From an uncultured Planctomycetaceae bacterium (GTDB lineage Bacteria; Planctomycetota; Planctomycetia; Planctomycetales; Planctomycetaceae): a DNA stretch of 64,000 bases. Within the stretch, counting starts at the first letter, position 1. The number at the start of each line of letters is the position of its first letter. A program made the position numbers and the translations under genes. Below the pieces are notes generated by a model that was given only the letters and a program-made list of their open reading frames with translations, was not told the DNA's origin and ran no database searches. Location of the stretch: the NCBI GenBank assembly GCA_963815195.1, contig CAWFGE010000020.1, positions 192,001 to 256,000 of the forward strand, given 5' to 3'. This document shows positions 33,897 to 43,624 of the stretch, one piece after another.

Positions 33897-34872
33897 CTAC
33901 AACCTCGAAATATAGATCAGGAGGGAATCGCCTTCACGAATCCCCGCTGAGCGGTCTTCGGGGGAGAGTTGTTCGTAGTTGCCGTCGGAACTGTTCGCCG
34001 TGAATCTCCGCTCTTTGCGGAGCAGCCAAACCCCGCGATCGAACGTCGGCCGATCGAACTCCGGCAAGGCTGTGCGGAGATCGGAAAGCTTCACGAAATT
34101 ATGCGATCCCCTTTCCCGATCCAATAGGGAGAAGACGCTCTCAAACCTCGTGGCGAAATCTTCCTCAAGAACCGGCGACGGGGATTCTGTAACGGAAGCA
34201 ACACTCGTAGAGGCCGGTTGTAACTCCGTCGCTGGAAGGGATTCGACCGAGGAATCACGAGCGTCGGAAATAACAGGTTCATTCGCCGCGCGCATGGGGC
34301 GAATATCCACAATGCGGAAAACATAGTTCGTCCGAGCATCTTTGGGCAGATAACCCACGCCTTCAGGAAGCGATTCGTCCTTCAGACGAGCATTCAGGGT
34401 TTGTTGGAATATCTTATTGAAATCGGCGGTGCCCGTTAAATGGTCCTTTCAGTTCGGCAACTGTAAACAACCGGCAATTCCCGCTTGTGGCCAACTCGAA
34501 GGCAAATCGCAACAACTCGTCGCTTGCCGCCAATTGAGCAATGTCTTCTTTGAGGCAGACATAAGCATCCAACCGGCGTGGAGCGTGCTTTTTCGATCGG
34601 CTGGAAATCGCAACCACCGCATGAGCATCAAAGCTCTTTTTCCCAATACTCTTCTTGATCACCGCTGTATCGGAAACACCGCATCGCAGAGCTAACTCCC
34701 GGACCGTGAGGGGAAAGGGACCGTTTCCGGTCTCCTTCATCGCCCGCAACTCCGCAAGCATCCGTTTCGCAAGTTCTTCGACCTGTTTGGCCTGTGAGGT
34801 TTGTTTCTTTTTTGGGGGCGGTTCAGAAGAGGGAGATACGATGGAAGAAGGGGAATCGGAGAGCGTTGTCAT
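33897..34872 (-). CDS. Hypothetical protein with predicted winged-helix-like domains (frameshift near 34432)
   Basis: Two ORFs join on removing one G; LTVRELALRCG and VKLSDLRTALPEFDRPTFD segments. Confidence 0.6.
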
Positions 34873-35339
34873 TCTTCGGTCCTTTGGCAAATGCAATGAA
34901 GGGAAATTGCAGCTATACGTTATGCCAGACCTGCTTTAATTTCAAATAAACTCCAAAGGTTTGTCAGAACGGCAGAATTCTCGGATCGCTTTGAATGGAT
35001 TACGGAGTTCCGGCCACGTGTGCCGATTGGAAAAGTGCAACTTCGCGCGCAAGGCGATCGCAGCCACAAAGTTTCACCAGAACGCAACCCTGGGCTTCAA
35101 GCCGATTTCGCAAAAGCGTCATCGAAACCGCCCGTTTCCCAATGGGCTTCCGATTTTGGGACGGCCGTGGTCTACTCCACGCGGACCATCAACTCCCGTT
35201 TGTCCGGGCCATCCGTATGTGCTCTCCAAGGTCATTTGCGCCGTTCCAGCCGATGAAATTGCCCATCCGGGCAAACGGTTCTTGGCTGTTGATCATCCCG
35301 CGTGGCCAATTCACAACCGATTCGGAATAAGCTGACGCA

Positions 35340-35565
35340 TTAGACATCCTCCTTCAAGGCCCGGATATACCTTTCCGCCGACCGCTTCACCGCTGCCTTT
35401 CCATCTTCCCGGACGACCTTTCCCCACCAGGCCCCGTAAATCCGATCGAAGTCGAACGGTTCGACCGCCTCGACGATTCGCCGAACTGTCACAGCCGGGA
35501 TCGGAATGAGGTTTGGGTACGAGTACATGAAGCTAACCCAGCGGCGGTCTTGGACGACCTCCCAT
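35340..35565 (-). pseudogene. C-terminal fragment of an MBL-fold metallohydrolase
   Basis: VSFMYSYPNLIP...FDRIYGAWW...AVKRSAERY with no N-terminal part. Confidence 0.65.
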
Positions 35566-35984
35566 CTGGCGGTTGAGATTGACTTTTCTCAATTCAATGC
35601 TGATGGAAGCCCGCGGATTCATCCCACACGGAACAATCCTATTTGTTTTCCGATCCGGAAATTAAATCCAGATCGCATGGTTGTCTGCACTCTCTGGGCA
35701 CCGAGGGGGCATCTGGCTGAACGCTTCATGGGACGTTCGGAGGGACATCCAAAACACCAGGAAGTCCAGGAACTCTATAAAAGTTCGTCTCGATTTTGTG
35801 CGTTCTACGAGGCGTGGTTGGAATGCGTGGATGCAGTTCCTCATGCGGCGCATTGGATTCTTCATTCAGTTCAAGAGGGATACGCCCCTCACCCCCCGTC
35901 ATGGCTGAAAAAACAAATCGACGATTGCCGGACACAACCATGACCGAAAGCGGCAGGTGGTCCCCGCCCGCGGACCGTGGAAGT

Positions 35985-37397
35985 TCATCCCATCAATTCC
36001 GGCAGAGGCCGGTGTTCGCCGACGAGGTACTGCGGGCGACCTGCTAAATCGACAAATTGCGTCGTCGTCACGTCGATCCCCAGCCGCTCATACAGCGTGG
36101 CGAAGACCTCCCGGAAATGGACCGGGCGAGACTTGGGTTCCTCTCCCCAGCGCGTGGTCGAACCGATCACTTGTCCGCACTTCAGGCCGCCGCCCGCCAC
36201 GAGTGCACCGGCCACGTTCGGCCAATGGTCCCGGCCCGCGTTCTTGTTGATCTTCGGCGTGCGTCCGAACTCACCCCAGACGACGACTGCGACTTCTTCC
36301 AGGAGGCCGCGCTGGTCGAGGTCTTCGATCATGGCGGAAAGCCCCAGGTCGAACAGTGGCAGCGTGGCGCGGGCTTCCTGGAAACAGCCCTTGTGCCAGT
36401 CCCAGTTGTAATCGCCCTGGAGCATCCGACCGAAGGGCCAGCGGCTGAAGGAAATCGTCACGCACCGCGCCCCGGCTTCGATCACCCGCCGGGCCAGAAG
36501 GAACTGATCCACGTAGGTTTTCCCCTGCCGCTCGCCGGGATATTCGCGGTCGAGACCATACCGGCTGCGGATGAGTCCGTCTTCGCGGCTCAGATCGAGG
36601 GCGTCGGCCAGCCGCTGAGAGGTCAGCACCTCGAAGGCTTGCCGCTGGAACTCGTCCATGCCGTCCGTGAGGTTCTCCCGGTCCACGCGGCGGCGGAAGC
36701 GGTCAAAGCTGTCCAACAGACTGCGGCGGTCGGACAGCCTCCGCAAGCTGACACCGGTCAGCCGGAAGTTTCGCCGGTCCACGTTCCCGACTTCAAAGCC
36801 CGCGTGAGCGGGGCCGAGATACCCCGGTTGCGTGGGGGCGGTCCGCATGATGAACCGCGCATCGGGATCGACGGGGACGAGATCGGCCGCCGCCGGTACG
36901 CCCGGAATCCGCGTCCCGAACTGCTTGGACAACACGGCTCCGAGCGACGGCCAGCCTCCGGGCGGAAATCCGGGAATCAGCGGCGACGCGGGCATGGCGG
37001 CGTGCGATTCCCAGCCGGTCGTGCACCAATGCGTGTTGTGATCGTTCTTGAACCCCACCAGGGACCGAATCACGGCGAATTTGTCGGCCAGTCCCGCCAA
37101 GCGCGGCAACAATTCGCAAACCTCCAGCCCCGGCACCTTCGTGGCGATCGGCTGAAATTCCCCGCGAATCTCCCCTGGGACTTCGGGCTTGAGGTCGTAC
37201 ATATCGAGGTGCGAGGGTCCGCCGGGCAGGATCACCATGATGATGCCCTTGATCCCGGCTGGCCGCTGGTGCTGGGCTTCGGCTCGAAGCACGTCCGGGA
37301 GCGCCAACCCGCCCATTGCCAGGCCGCCGATCTTCAGCCAGCTTCGCCGCGAGAGGCCGTCACAAAATCGCGACCGGGGTCCGGGGATCGTGAGCAT
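35985..37397 (-). CDS. DUF1501 domain protein
   Basis: SRRSWL Tat-like motif, GGPSHLDMYDLKP, WD.H, GEFGRTP.IN..GRDHWP. Confidence 0.92.
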   Translation of the reverse strand: MLTIPGPRSRFCDGLSRRSWLKIGGLAMGGLALPDVLRAEAQHQRPAGIKGIIMVILPGGPSHLDMYDLKPEVPGEIRGEFQPIATKVPGLEVCELLPRLAGLADKFAVIRSLVGFKNDHNTHWCTTGWESHAAMPASPLIPGFPPGGWPSLGAVLSKQFGTRIPGVPAAADLVPVDPDARFIMRTAPTQPGYLGPAHAGFEVGNVDRRNFRLTGVSLRRLSDRRSLLDSFDRFRRRVDRENLTDGMDEFQRQAFEVLTSQRLADALDLSREDGLIRSRYGLDREYPGERQGKTYVDQFLLARRVIEAGARCVTISFSRWPFGRMLQGDYNWDWHKGCFQEARATLPLFDLGLSAMIEDLDQRGLLEEVAVVVWGEFGRTPKINKNAGRDHWPNVAGALVAGGGLKCGQVIGSTTRWGEEPKSRPVHFREVFATLYERLGIDVTTTQFVDLAGRPQYLVGEHRPLPELMG

Positions 37398-37644
37398 GAG
37401 GGACTCCTTCTAAAGCCGGGGAACGCATCAATCAGCACCAATGTATCGGGCTGTGGCCGTGCCCGCAATCTTCATCCCCAAAACCGAGAATAGCTCCCGT
37501 TTTTCAACCGCTTGTCTTGCCTGCCTGGAAGGACCAGACGGGATCGCGTTTCTTTGGGAAGAATCATCAAAATGGGTACCACGGTCGGTGCTTCACGCGC
37601 ACCACGCGACCCTTCCAAGCAGTGATCCGCAATCATTGATTTTA

Positions 37645-38010
37645 CGTTTCAGACATAAGGGCGACGCTGGAGATCAGGTTCTGCTGAATGCGGGTTTTGG
37701 GGACCTCCAACACCGGCGTGTGCCCGATCGGCGCATAGCTCGCGCCGATCTGGTCTTGAACTCGCGCCCCTGTCTCGTCCGCGAAATGCAGCTGACCATC
37801 TTCTCTTTCCGCCTTTTTTTCCGCCTCAGGCAGAGTCTGCTCTTCAAATTCCCGCACTTCGTCCGGGTCCTGTTCACGGGCGTGACGGGCCGGTTTTTGG
37901 GGCGTCATCTTCCAGCGATGAAGATAATTCCCGACGCCTTGCTCCGACAGATCAATCTCGTAGCGTTTCCAAATCAATGTCTGGACCACGTGTCGCGTCC
38001 AAGTCGGGAT
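37645..38010 (-). mobile_element. IS630-family transposase remnant
   Basis: WT...LHRWKMTPQKP...EQD and FADE motifs; truncated at both ends. Confidence 0.75.
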
Positions 38011-38388
38011 GGGAATCGCATACACGTCGGGAGTCGCGTCTTGCAGGAACAGATGCGGACTGTCGAGGCCACATGTACTTGAGGAGTCGCCAGGGAATCT
38101 GGGGAACATTAAATGATCCTCCGCCGTAGCGAAACGTTCCGTCTGAGGCGGGTCCGTCATTCACTACCCGAACATCGGACTGGTCGATTTTCGTGAAGGT
38201 AACGAGGTTGCCGCTTGAGGTTACCATCATTGATGATTGACAGTGTTCCTCGAAATAATCCAACTGCTCTCGTTCCCGCTGCTTTAGACGCTGGAATTCC
38301 TGCCCGGTTGCGCCAGACACGTCATCGAGTGTTGGCGGACTTGCCTCGCCAAAATCGTCGCCCAATAAGTCGTCACGATCTGGACGCG

Positions 38389-39660
38389 TCATTGGTGTGG
38401 CTCCCCTTCCTGCTCGTTGACTTCAGTTTGACCGTCGTTGGTTTTTTCAAACGGGAACAACCAGTCCCGTACAACATCGACAACAGCTTGCAGGCGTCCA
38501 TTATCGAACCCTTCACGGTACACTCCACTCATACTATCGTCAACGTGCCCCATAACGGCTTTGACTGCCGGCAGGTCGCCCGACCGTTCCCCGATCGTCT
38601 GGAACGTGTGACGCAGTGCGTAGAAGTTCAGCCGACCGCGTTTGAGTCCCAACTGCTCCAACAACTTCCTGCACTCTTGGGCGACGCTATCAATCGACAT
38701 GCCCCGTTTCGCCTTGTCTTCGCTCGCGACCGTCCGCACCCAGCGATTGCCGTACTTCGTCAGAAAGCACAGATCGGCGTCGACTTCGTCCTTCGGTTCC
38801 GGGCGTTCTGCAATCGCAGAACGCAGTGCGGAGACCGTTTCGGGCCACAACGCGCAGCGACGTTCCACGCCCGTTTTCGGCCTTGGAAAGTTAATGCAAG
38901 CGGATTCCAGATCGACTGCGGATAGAGGCAAATTGGCGATGTCGGATTGACCGAATCCGCAGTTGATGCCCAATAGAATCATGGCCTTCAGAGGAACGCC
39001 TGCGGCGTCGATCATCGCCCGGAGTTCGTGGGCCTCAAACGTTCTCTTCCCATTAGCGGCCCTTGCTTGACGCAACGTTTTCTTGCTGGGCTTGTTCAGA
39101 CTCTGCCCGTAGCGAACGGGCCGATCAATCAGGCTTTGATCGTAGGCATACTTGAAGACCATCCGGCATCGGCCAATCTCGTTGCCCAGTGCGACCGGAC
39201 CGCGTTTCTCCGCCAAGGCTTCGCGGAGGTTTTCAAAGTGATCGGGGATCAGATCATCAACCAGATGGTTTTGCCCGAAGACCTCAACGAGGTTTTGGCA
39301 GGTGCAATAGTAATCGCGGAACGATCTTTCCGAGAGTTCCCCCGTCTTCATCTTTTTGCTTTTGCTGGTCAGAAACCGATTGCAGAGATCGGCGATGGTA
39401 ATTCCGCTCTCATCTTCCGGGGGCAGGCCTTTGGGGGGGTTGCAACCGTTCCTAAGGATATAATCCTTTTGGAGTGTGTAGGCGTCCAGTGCGGCCTGCC
39501 AGTCGGACGCATAGCCGAAGTAAAAGCGTTTGCCTTTGATCTTCTTGTAAAGGCGTCCCGAGGGGGGATGATGTGAGAGGGGAAATTCGGGGTAGGGTTT
39601 TTCCCAGCTTGGGCTGGATACTTTACTGCCGGATGCCGATTGGCTAGACTTGGTAGGTAT
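38389..39660 (-). CDS. Tyrosine recombinase/integrase
   Basis: KKIKGKRFYFG arm domain, RPKTG, FYALRHTF, MGH..MSGVY; start uncertain. Confidence 0.9.
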   Translation of the reverse strand: MPTKSSQSASGSKVSSPSWEKPYPEFPLSHHPPSGRLYKKIKGKRFYFGYASDWQAALDAYTLQKDYILRNGCNPPKGLPPEDESGITIADLCNRFLTSKSKKMKTGELSERSFRDYYCTCQNLVEVFGQNHLVDDLIPDHFENLREALAEKRGPVALGNEIGRCRMVFKYAYDQSLIDRPVRYGQSLNKPSKKTLRQARAANGKRTFEAHELRAMIDAAGVPLKAMILLGINCGFGQSDIANLPLSAVDLESACINFPRPKTGVERRCALWPETVSALRSAIAERPEPKDEVDADLCFLTKYGNRWVRTVASEDKAKRGMSIDSVAQECRKLLEQLGLKRGRLNFYALRHTFQTIGERSGDLPAVKAVMGHVDDSMSGVYREGFDNGRLQAVVDVVRDWLFPFEKTNDGQTEVNEQEGEPHQ

Positions 39661-39690
39661 GATGCTCACCTCGCAACATCGACCATAGGT

Positions 39691-39793
39691 GGGTGTCATT
39701 GACACCCGGCAGGTGCTTTCTGCTGGGTGTCTCACGTCACCTGCAATCGTATCAAATGGGCTTGCGGGTGTCGAATCAGCAAAAACGGGTGTC
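39691..39793. promoter_or_regulatory. Five GGGTGTC motifs including the palindrome GGGTGTCA-T-TGACACCC; candidate integrase binding sites
   Basis: Copies at 39691, 39701 (inverted), 39725, 39766 and 39787. Confidence 0.5.
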
Positions 39794-39870
39794 ACTGACT
39801 GGCCGTTTAGGTGCTGAAAAGAAGAGCAAACAAGAAGAAAACCCTTAAAACCAAGGGTAAAACAGTTCCA

Positions 39871-39944
39871 GGCGGTGTAGCTCAGTTGGTTAGAGCAGCG
39901 GAATCATAATCCGCGTGTCGGGGGTTCGAGTCCCTCCACCGCTA
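39871..39944 (+). tRNA. tRNA-Met(CAT), elongator-like; CCA not encoded
   Basis: Full cloverleaf with GCGGA-AT-CAT-AA-TCCGC anticodon arm and TTCGA T-loop. Confidence 0.95.
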
Positions 39945-41166
39945 CTTTTGTACACTGCAATAGATCGTGATACTTCGCAAACGCTTGATATGTCACGACT
40001 TGCGAGTTTCCGGAATTCGACGGTTTCGACCGATTTCGAGGAGTTTCGGTCGACTGCTGCATCGGATTTTGCAGCGCTTTCGCGAAGTGGGCATCGGTCA
40101 CCTGCAGGTAATGCTTGGAAGCGATCGCCTGGGAATTGCCGATCCAGGCACAGACCACATGCGAGGGAAATTCTTCCTCCAATTCCGTTTGGCGGGTGCT
40201 TCGCAGGTTCTGAAACAGCTTCGGCCATTTCTTCACGCCGGCCCGTTTTATAATGCGCTCCAATTGGGTTCGCAAGTTCGTATTCGAATCACGATAACGG
40301 GTAATGACAAACTCCGCCCCTGGTTTCGCGAGTTGCTTGCACTCTTCCAAAAACGGTCGAAGCTCTGGAAAAATTGGAACCATCCGAGAATCGCCACCAG
40401 CGTGGTGCTCCGTCTTCGGGCTGCTCACCCGAAATCGTCCGGTTTCCCAGTCAAGGTCTTCCCATCGCAAGCCCAAATGCTCCGACGGGCACCGCAGACC
40501 CCCGTACCGGCTCAGGGCGAAGATCAGCCGCCATTCTGCATCCGGACAAGCCGCGATCACTTTTTCGGCCTCTTCCTGTGAAATAAAGTAAAATCGGCTG
40601 GGGTTCGGCTGAACTGTGGATTTCAGATCGGCGAAGGGGTTTGTGGGGATCATCTTCTTGCGGAGAGCCTTGGCGAAAAACTGCTTAGCGATGGCGATAT
40701 GCTTTCGGACGGTGTTTTCGGAAAGTCCCTTCGTTACCATCGACAGCCGCCAATCGTCGGCATCGCCTTCGTTCATATCGCGAAGACTACGTTCGCCACC
40801 GAAGAATTCGACCATTCGGTCGCGAGTAGTTTTCAACTTTTTGATCGTTCGTGGCTTCAGATCCGCTCGGGATTCGAGATACGATTCCAAAAACTCTTCG
40901 AGGCGAGCGGATTCCGGTTTTGGAATCAGCCCCACGCGGGCAAGGCGTTCCGCCAAGCCAAGTTCCAGTTCGGATACCCACCGAGCGGTTTCGGCATCAA
41001 GGGCGTGTCCGGAAAACTTTGCAGATACCAAATGCTCCACTCGAAGCTTGACAGCCTCTGCTTGCTTCTGCGGCATTTTCCCCAAGCGGATTGTGCGGCG
41101 TTTGCCATCGGGGGCAACAAATTGAATCTCGCGACGCCCGTTCGGATGACGAGTGATACTGGCCAT
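39904..41166 (-). CDS. Tyrosine recombinase/integrase; 3' end overlaps tRNA-Met antisense
   Basis: GGLRCPSE, SPKT, FQNLRST, WIGNS..IASKHY. Confidence 0.92.
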   Translation of the reverse strand: MASITRHPNGRREIQFVAPDGKRRTIRLGKMPQKQAEAVKLRVEHLVSAKFSGHALDAETARWVSELELGLAERLARVGLIPKPESARLEEFLESYLESRADLKPRTIKKLKTTRDRMVEFFGGERSLRDMNEGDADDWRLSMVTKGLSENTVRKHIAIAKQFFAKALRKKMIPTNPFADLKSTVQPNPSRFYFISQEEAEKVIAACPDAEWRLIFALSRYGGLRCPSEHLGLRWEDLDWETGRFRVSSPKTEHHAGGDSRMVPIFPELRPFLEECKQLAKPGAEFVITRYRDSNTNLRTQLERIIKRAGVKKWPKLFQNLRSTRQTELEEEFPSHVVCAWIGNSQAIASKHYLQVTDAHFAKALQNPMQQSTETPRNRSKPSNSGNSQVVTYQAFAKYHDLLQCTKVAVEGLEPPTRGL

Positions 41167-41255
41167 TGGGATTCCTTTTCTGCAACACACCCATCACGAC
41201 TGACTGAGGATTTTAACCGAAACCGCAGCGTGACGGAGCAACTAAGGTGGATAAG

Positions 41256-41489
41256 CTATGAAGTGGGGTCGAAATCTGCATTGCGTTTGGTTCGATTAAT
41301 CCAGGCCCGCAGGTCTTCTGGGTCATACAACACGCGATGGCCAATCGGCACGTGTGGGATAGTGCCGGCCTTGGTCATCGTCCAGAGAGTGCGTTCGGAA
41401 ATACCCAACGCTTTGGCGGCAGTGCGGCAATTCCAGAGGAGTGGCGTTGAGAACCCAAAGGAATCGTGCGAAGAGGATTGAGTTGTCAT
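41256..41489 (-). CDS. Excisionase-like HTH protein
   Basis: AAKALGISERTLW..G.IPHV.IG.RVLY..EDL..W. Confidence 0.85.
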   Translation of the reverse strand: MTTQSSSHDSFGFSTPLLWNCRTAAKALGISERTLWTMTKAGTIPHVPIGHRVLYDPEDLRAWINRTKRNADFDPTS

Positions 41490-41631
41490 GGGACAAGAAT
41501 TCAAAAAAGCCACGAAACGGTTTCCACGCGGGAAACGTTTGTGGCTTTGTTGCTTCAACGACCAGTATAACCGGGGAAAGCTCTCCGACAAGTCCCTAAT
41601 TTGAAAAAATCGGCCGTTGGAGTTTGCCGGG

Positions 41632-42106
41632 CTATGTCGCCGTGCCGGGATACCTCGAATTGGTTTCCAATTCCAAGACCCGCTGATCACCGAGAAAGGT
41701 GGCGTTCATGAATTGAAGGAAGCCGTAATACCCCAGTAAGACATAAGGCAAGGGAGCAGTGGAAAGGCCCACAAGCGCCGGCCAGCGCCAAACCGACGAG
41801 CCGCTTGCCAATTGAAGCTCCACGTCGGCAAATCGGAGCGGATAGGCGGTGCCCCGCCAGCGGAGAACATGGCCCGCGTCCGGGCGGAGTTGGGCTCCGA
41901 TGAGGAAAGAGGCATCTAAAGGAAAGATCGAATCTTGGGCTCCCGTATCGACCAGCGCCTTGGAAAAGGGGAGAGATGAGGCCGGACCAATGATCCGAAC
42001 ATCAATAAATGGCCGCCAGATTTGAGTGACGCCCGTGGGATGCGAGGCGATCGTCCTCCGGCGGCCCGGTGATTTGGACAGGCTGGTAGGGATAGCGCAG
42101 GCTCAT
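41632..42106 (-). CDS. Retropepsin-like aspartyl protease (one frameshift near 42050)
   Basis: RPFIDV.I, ALVDTGA and LLGY.GFL motifs; ATGA overlap with the upstream gene. Confidence 0.75.
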
Positions 42107-42336
42107 TCCAATTCCGGTCCTCCTTGCCAATCGTCCTCCAAGACAATCCGCTCGTACCACACCGTTTCCGGGTTTTCGCCCGATTGCTTCACGAGTTGGT
42201 GCAACGTTTGCAGATCGGCCGACGCTGCCACAAGGCGCATGCCGTCATCGCTAAATGCGGCCCATTGCCCACCATATCGCCGCAATTCTTCCTCTGAAAA
42301 CCGATCCCGGTTTTCTCGATAGACTTGAAGATCCAC
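42103..42336 (-). CDS. Small DUF5678-like protein
   Basis: ELRRYGGQWAAFS.DG.RLVAAS.D; SD AAGGAG before a GTG start. Confidence 0.65.
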   Translation of the reverse strand: MDLQVYRENRDRFSEEELRRYGGQWAAFSDDGMRLVAASADLQTLHQLVKQSGENPETVWYERIVLEDDWQGGPELE

Positions 42337-42781
42337 AGTTTTCTCCTTCAACAAACGCGATTGCGAAAAGAACAACCTCCTCTTTCAAGCTAGGGCCAGC
42401 GCCGCATCGGGTCAAGGTTTTTCCCCAGGAAGTCGTTTTGGGAACCGGGAAATAAAAAAGGCCGCGGGCGTTTGCCCGCGACCAAGCTGCATGTTCCCGC
42501 CGATTCATTCACCCGTTCTCATGCTTGATCGAGCCGGAACTTGGCGAAGAAGCAACGGCCACAAACGTCCCGCACAAAGGGAAAACGTCCGTGGCCAAAG
42601 GGAATGGCCGGAACATGCAACGATTTTCATTATGGCTTTCGGCCAGCGTGATTTCTAGACAATTCTTGTGAATTTCATTGATTCCGCCCACGCAAGGCCC
42701 CCAAGTACCCATTCCAACAGGCTTTGGCTTGGGGGATTCGTGAATGGGTCAAGCGCTCTCGCAAAAAATCCAAAAAAACGC

Positions 42782-42828
42782 TTGCGGCGGGAAAGGACCA
42801 ATGGTCTAATTAACTGAACGTACGTTCA
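42782..42828 (+). promoter_or_regulatory. Candidate sigma70 promoter followed by the palindrome TGAACGTACGTTCA
   Basis: TTGCGG-17 nt-TCTAAT with extended TG; perfect 14-bp palindrome at 42815-42828; SD GGAGG downstream. Confidence 0.45.
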
Positions 42829-42853
42829 ATATCCAGTAGGGGAGGTTAATCAC

Positions 42854-43441
42854 GTGTCGCTAGCACCCACATCCCACAACCTATACCGAGAATTCATGCA
42901 GGCCCTCTCTCAGTCACCAAATGACTCTCGAACAATTTGGCAAACGATCGTTGGACATCCGTGGTATCAACTCGAACTCGAAAAAGCCGCACAGCATTTG
43001 GTTCGTTGTCAAAACCTTCAAATCTTTCCGGAAGACATTCAGCACGAAGCCATCCTGTTCTTGGCACGCACTCTGGAGCGACATCCGGATCTTCAGTTCG
43101 ACTCGCTAAATCCATCCCAAGAGCACTTTAGGCACTTGATGCGAAAAATCATTTTTCGGGATTGCCAGCAGGCTCTTCGCCGACTCAGGCGAGGACTACG
43201 AGAGATGCCCTTGACAGACGCATGTTTGGCAACAGATTTCGATTCCCAGTCAGCGACACCAACGAATTGGGACTGGAATCTGAAAATGCTGCGTCCTCAG
43301 GAACGGTTCGTCGTCGATCAGTATTTACAGGGACGAACGTTTTGCGAAACTGCGGCGTTGCTTGAGGTGAGCCTTCCGACGGTCTAACGGCGATTTCAAC
43401 GGGCGATCACAATCCTTCGGCAGTCTGTCCAAGAATCGTAG
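42854..43441 (+). CDS. ECF-type sigma-70 factor-like protein (in-frame TAA at 43385)
   Basis: EDIQHEA region-2-like segment; LRPQER...ETAALLEVSLPTV*RRFQRA region-4 HTH. Confidence 0.65.
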
Positions 43442-43624
43442 TTCATCGCTTCTCGACCGACGACCTGCAGGCTGCTGCAGTTGCGGCTCACGGCTACCAA
43501 TCGAACGTTTTCCAACATTCTTCTCTGATTTCAAACAAAAAACCGAGCGGAATTTCTGAAAATAACTCCCATCTCAAAGCATATATATAGAGGGAGGACT
43601 TTAGTGTTCTCAAGAACACTTTAA

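Noticed and set aside
35506..35943. 145-aa ORF as a real gene
   Set aside because: Its 5' part is antisense to the MBL fragment and no motif is recognisable.
43385..43387. Programmed readthrough or recoding in the ECF gene and other split genes
   Set aside because: No consistent recoding signal is seen; sequencing error or simple mutation is more likely.
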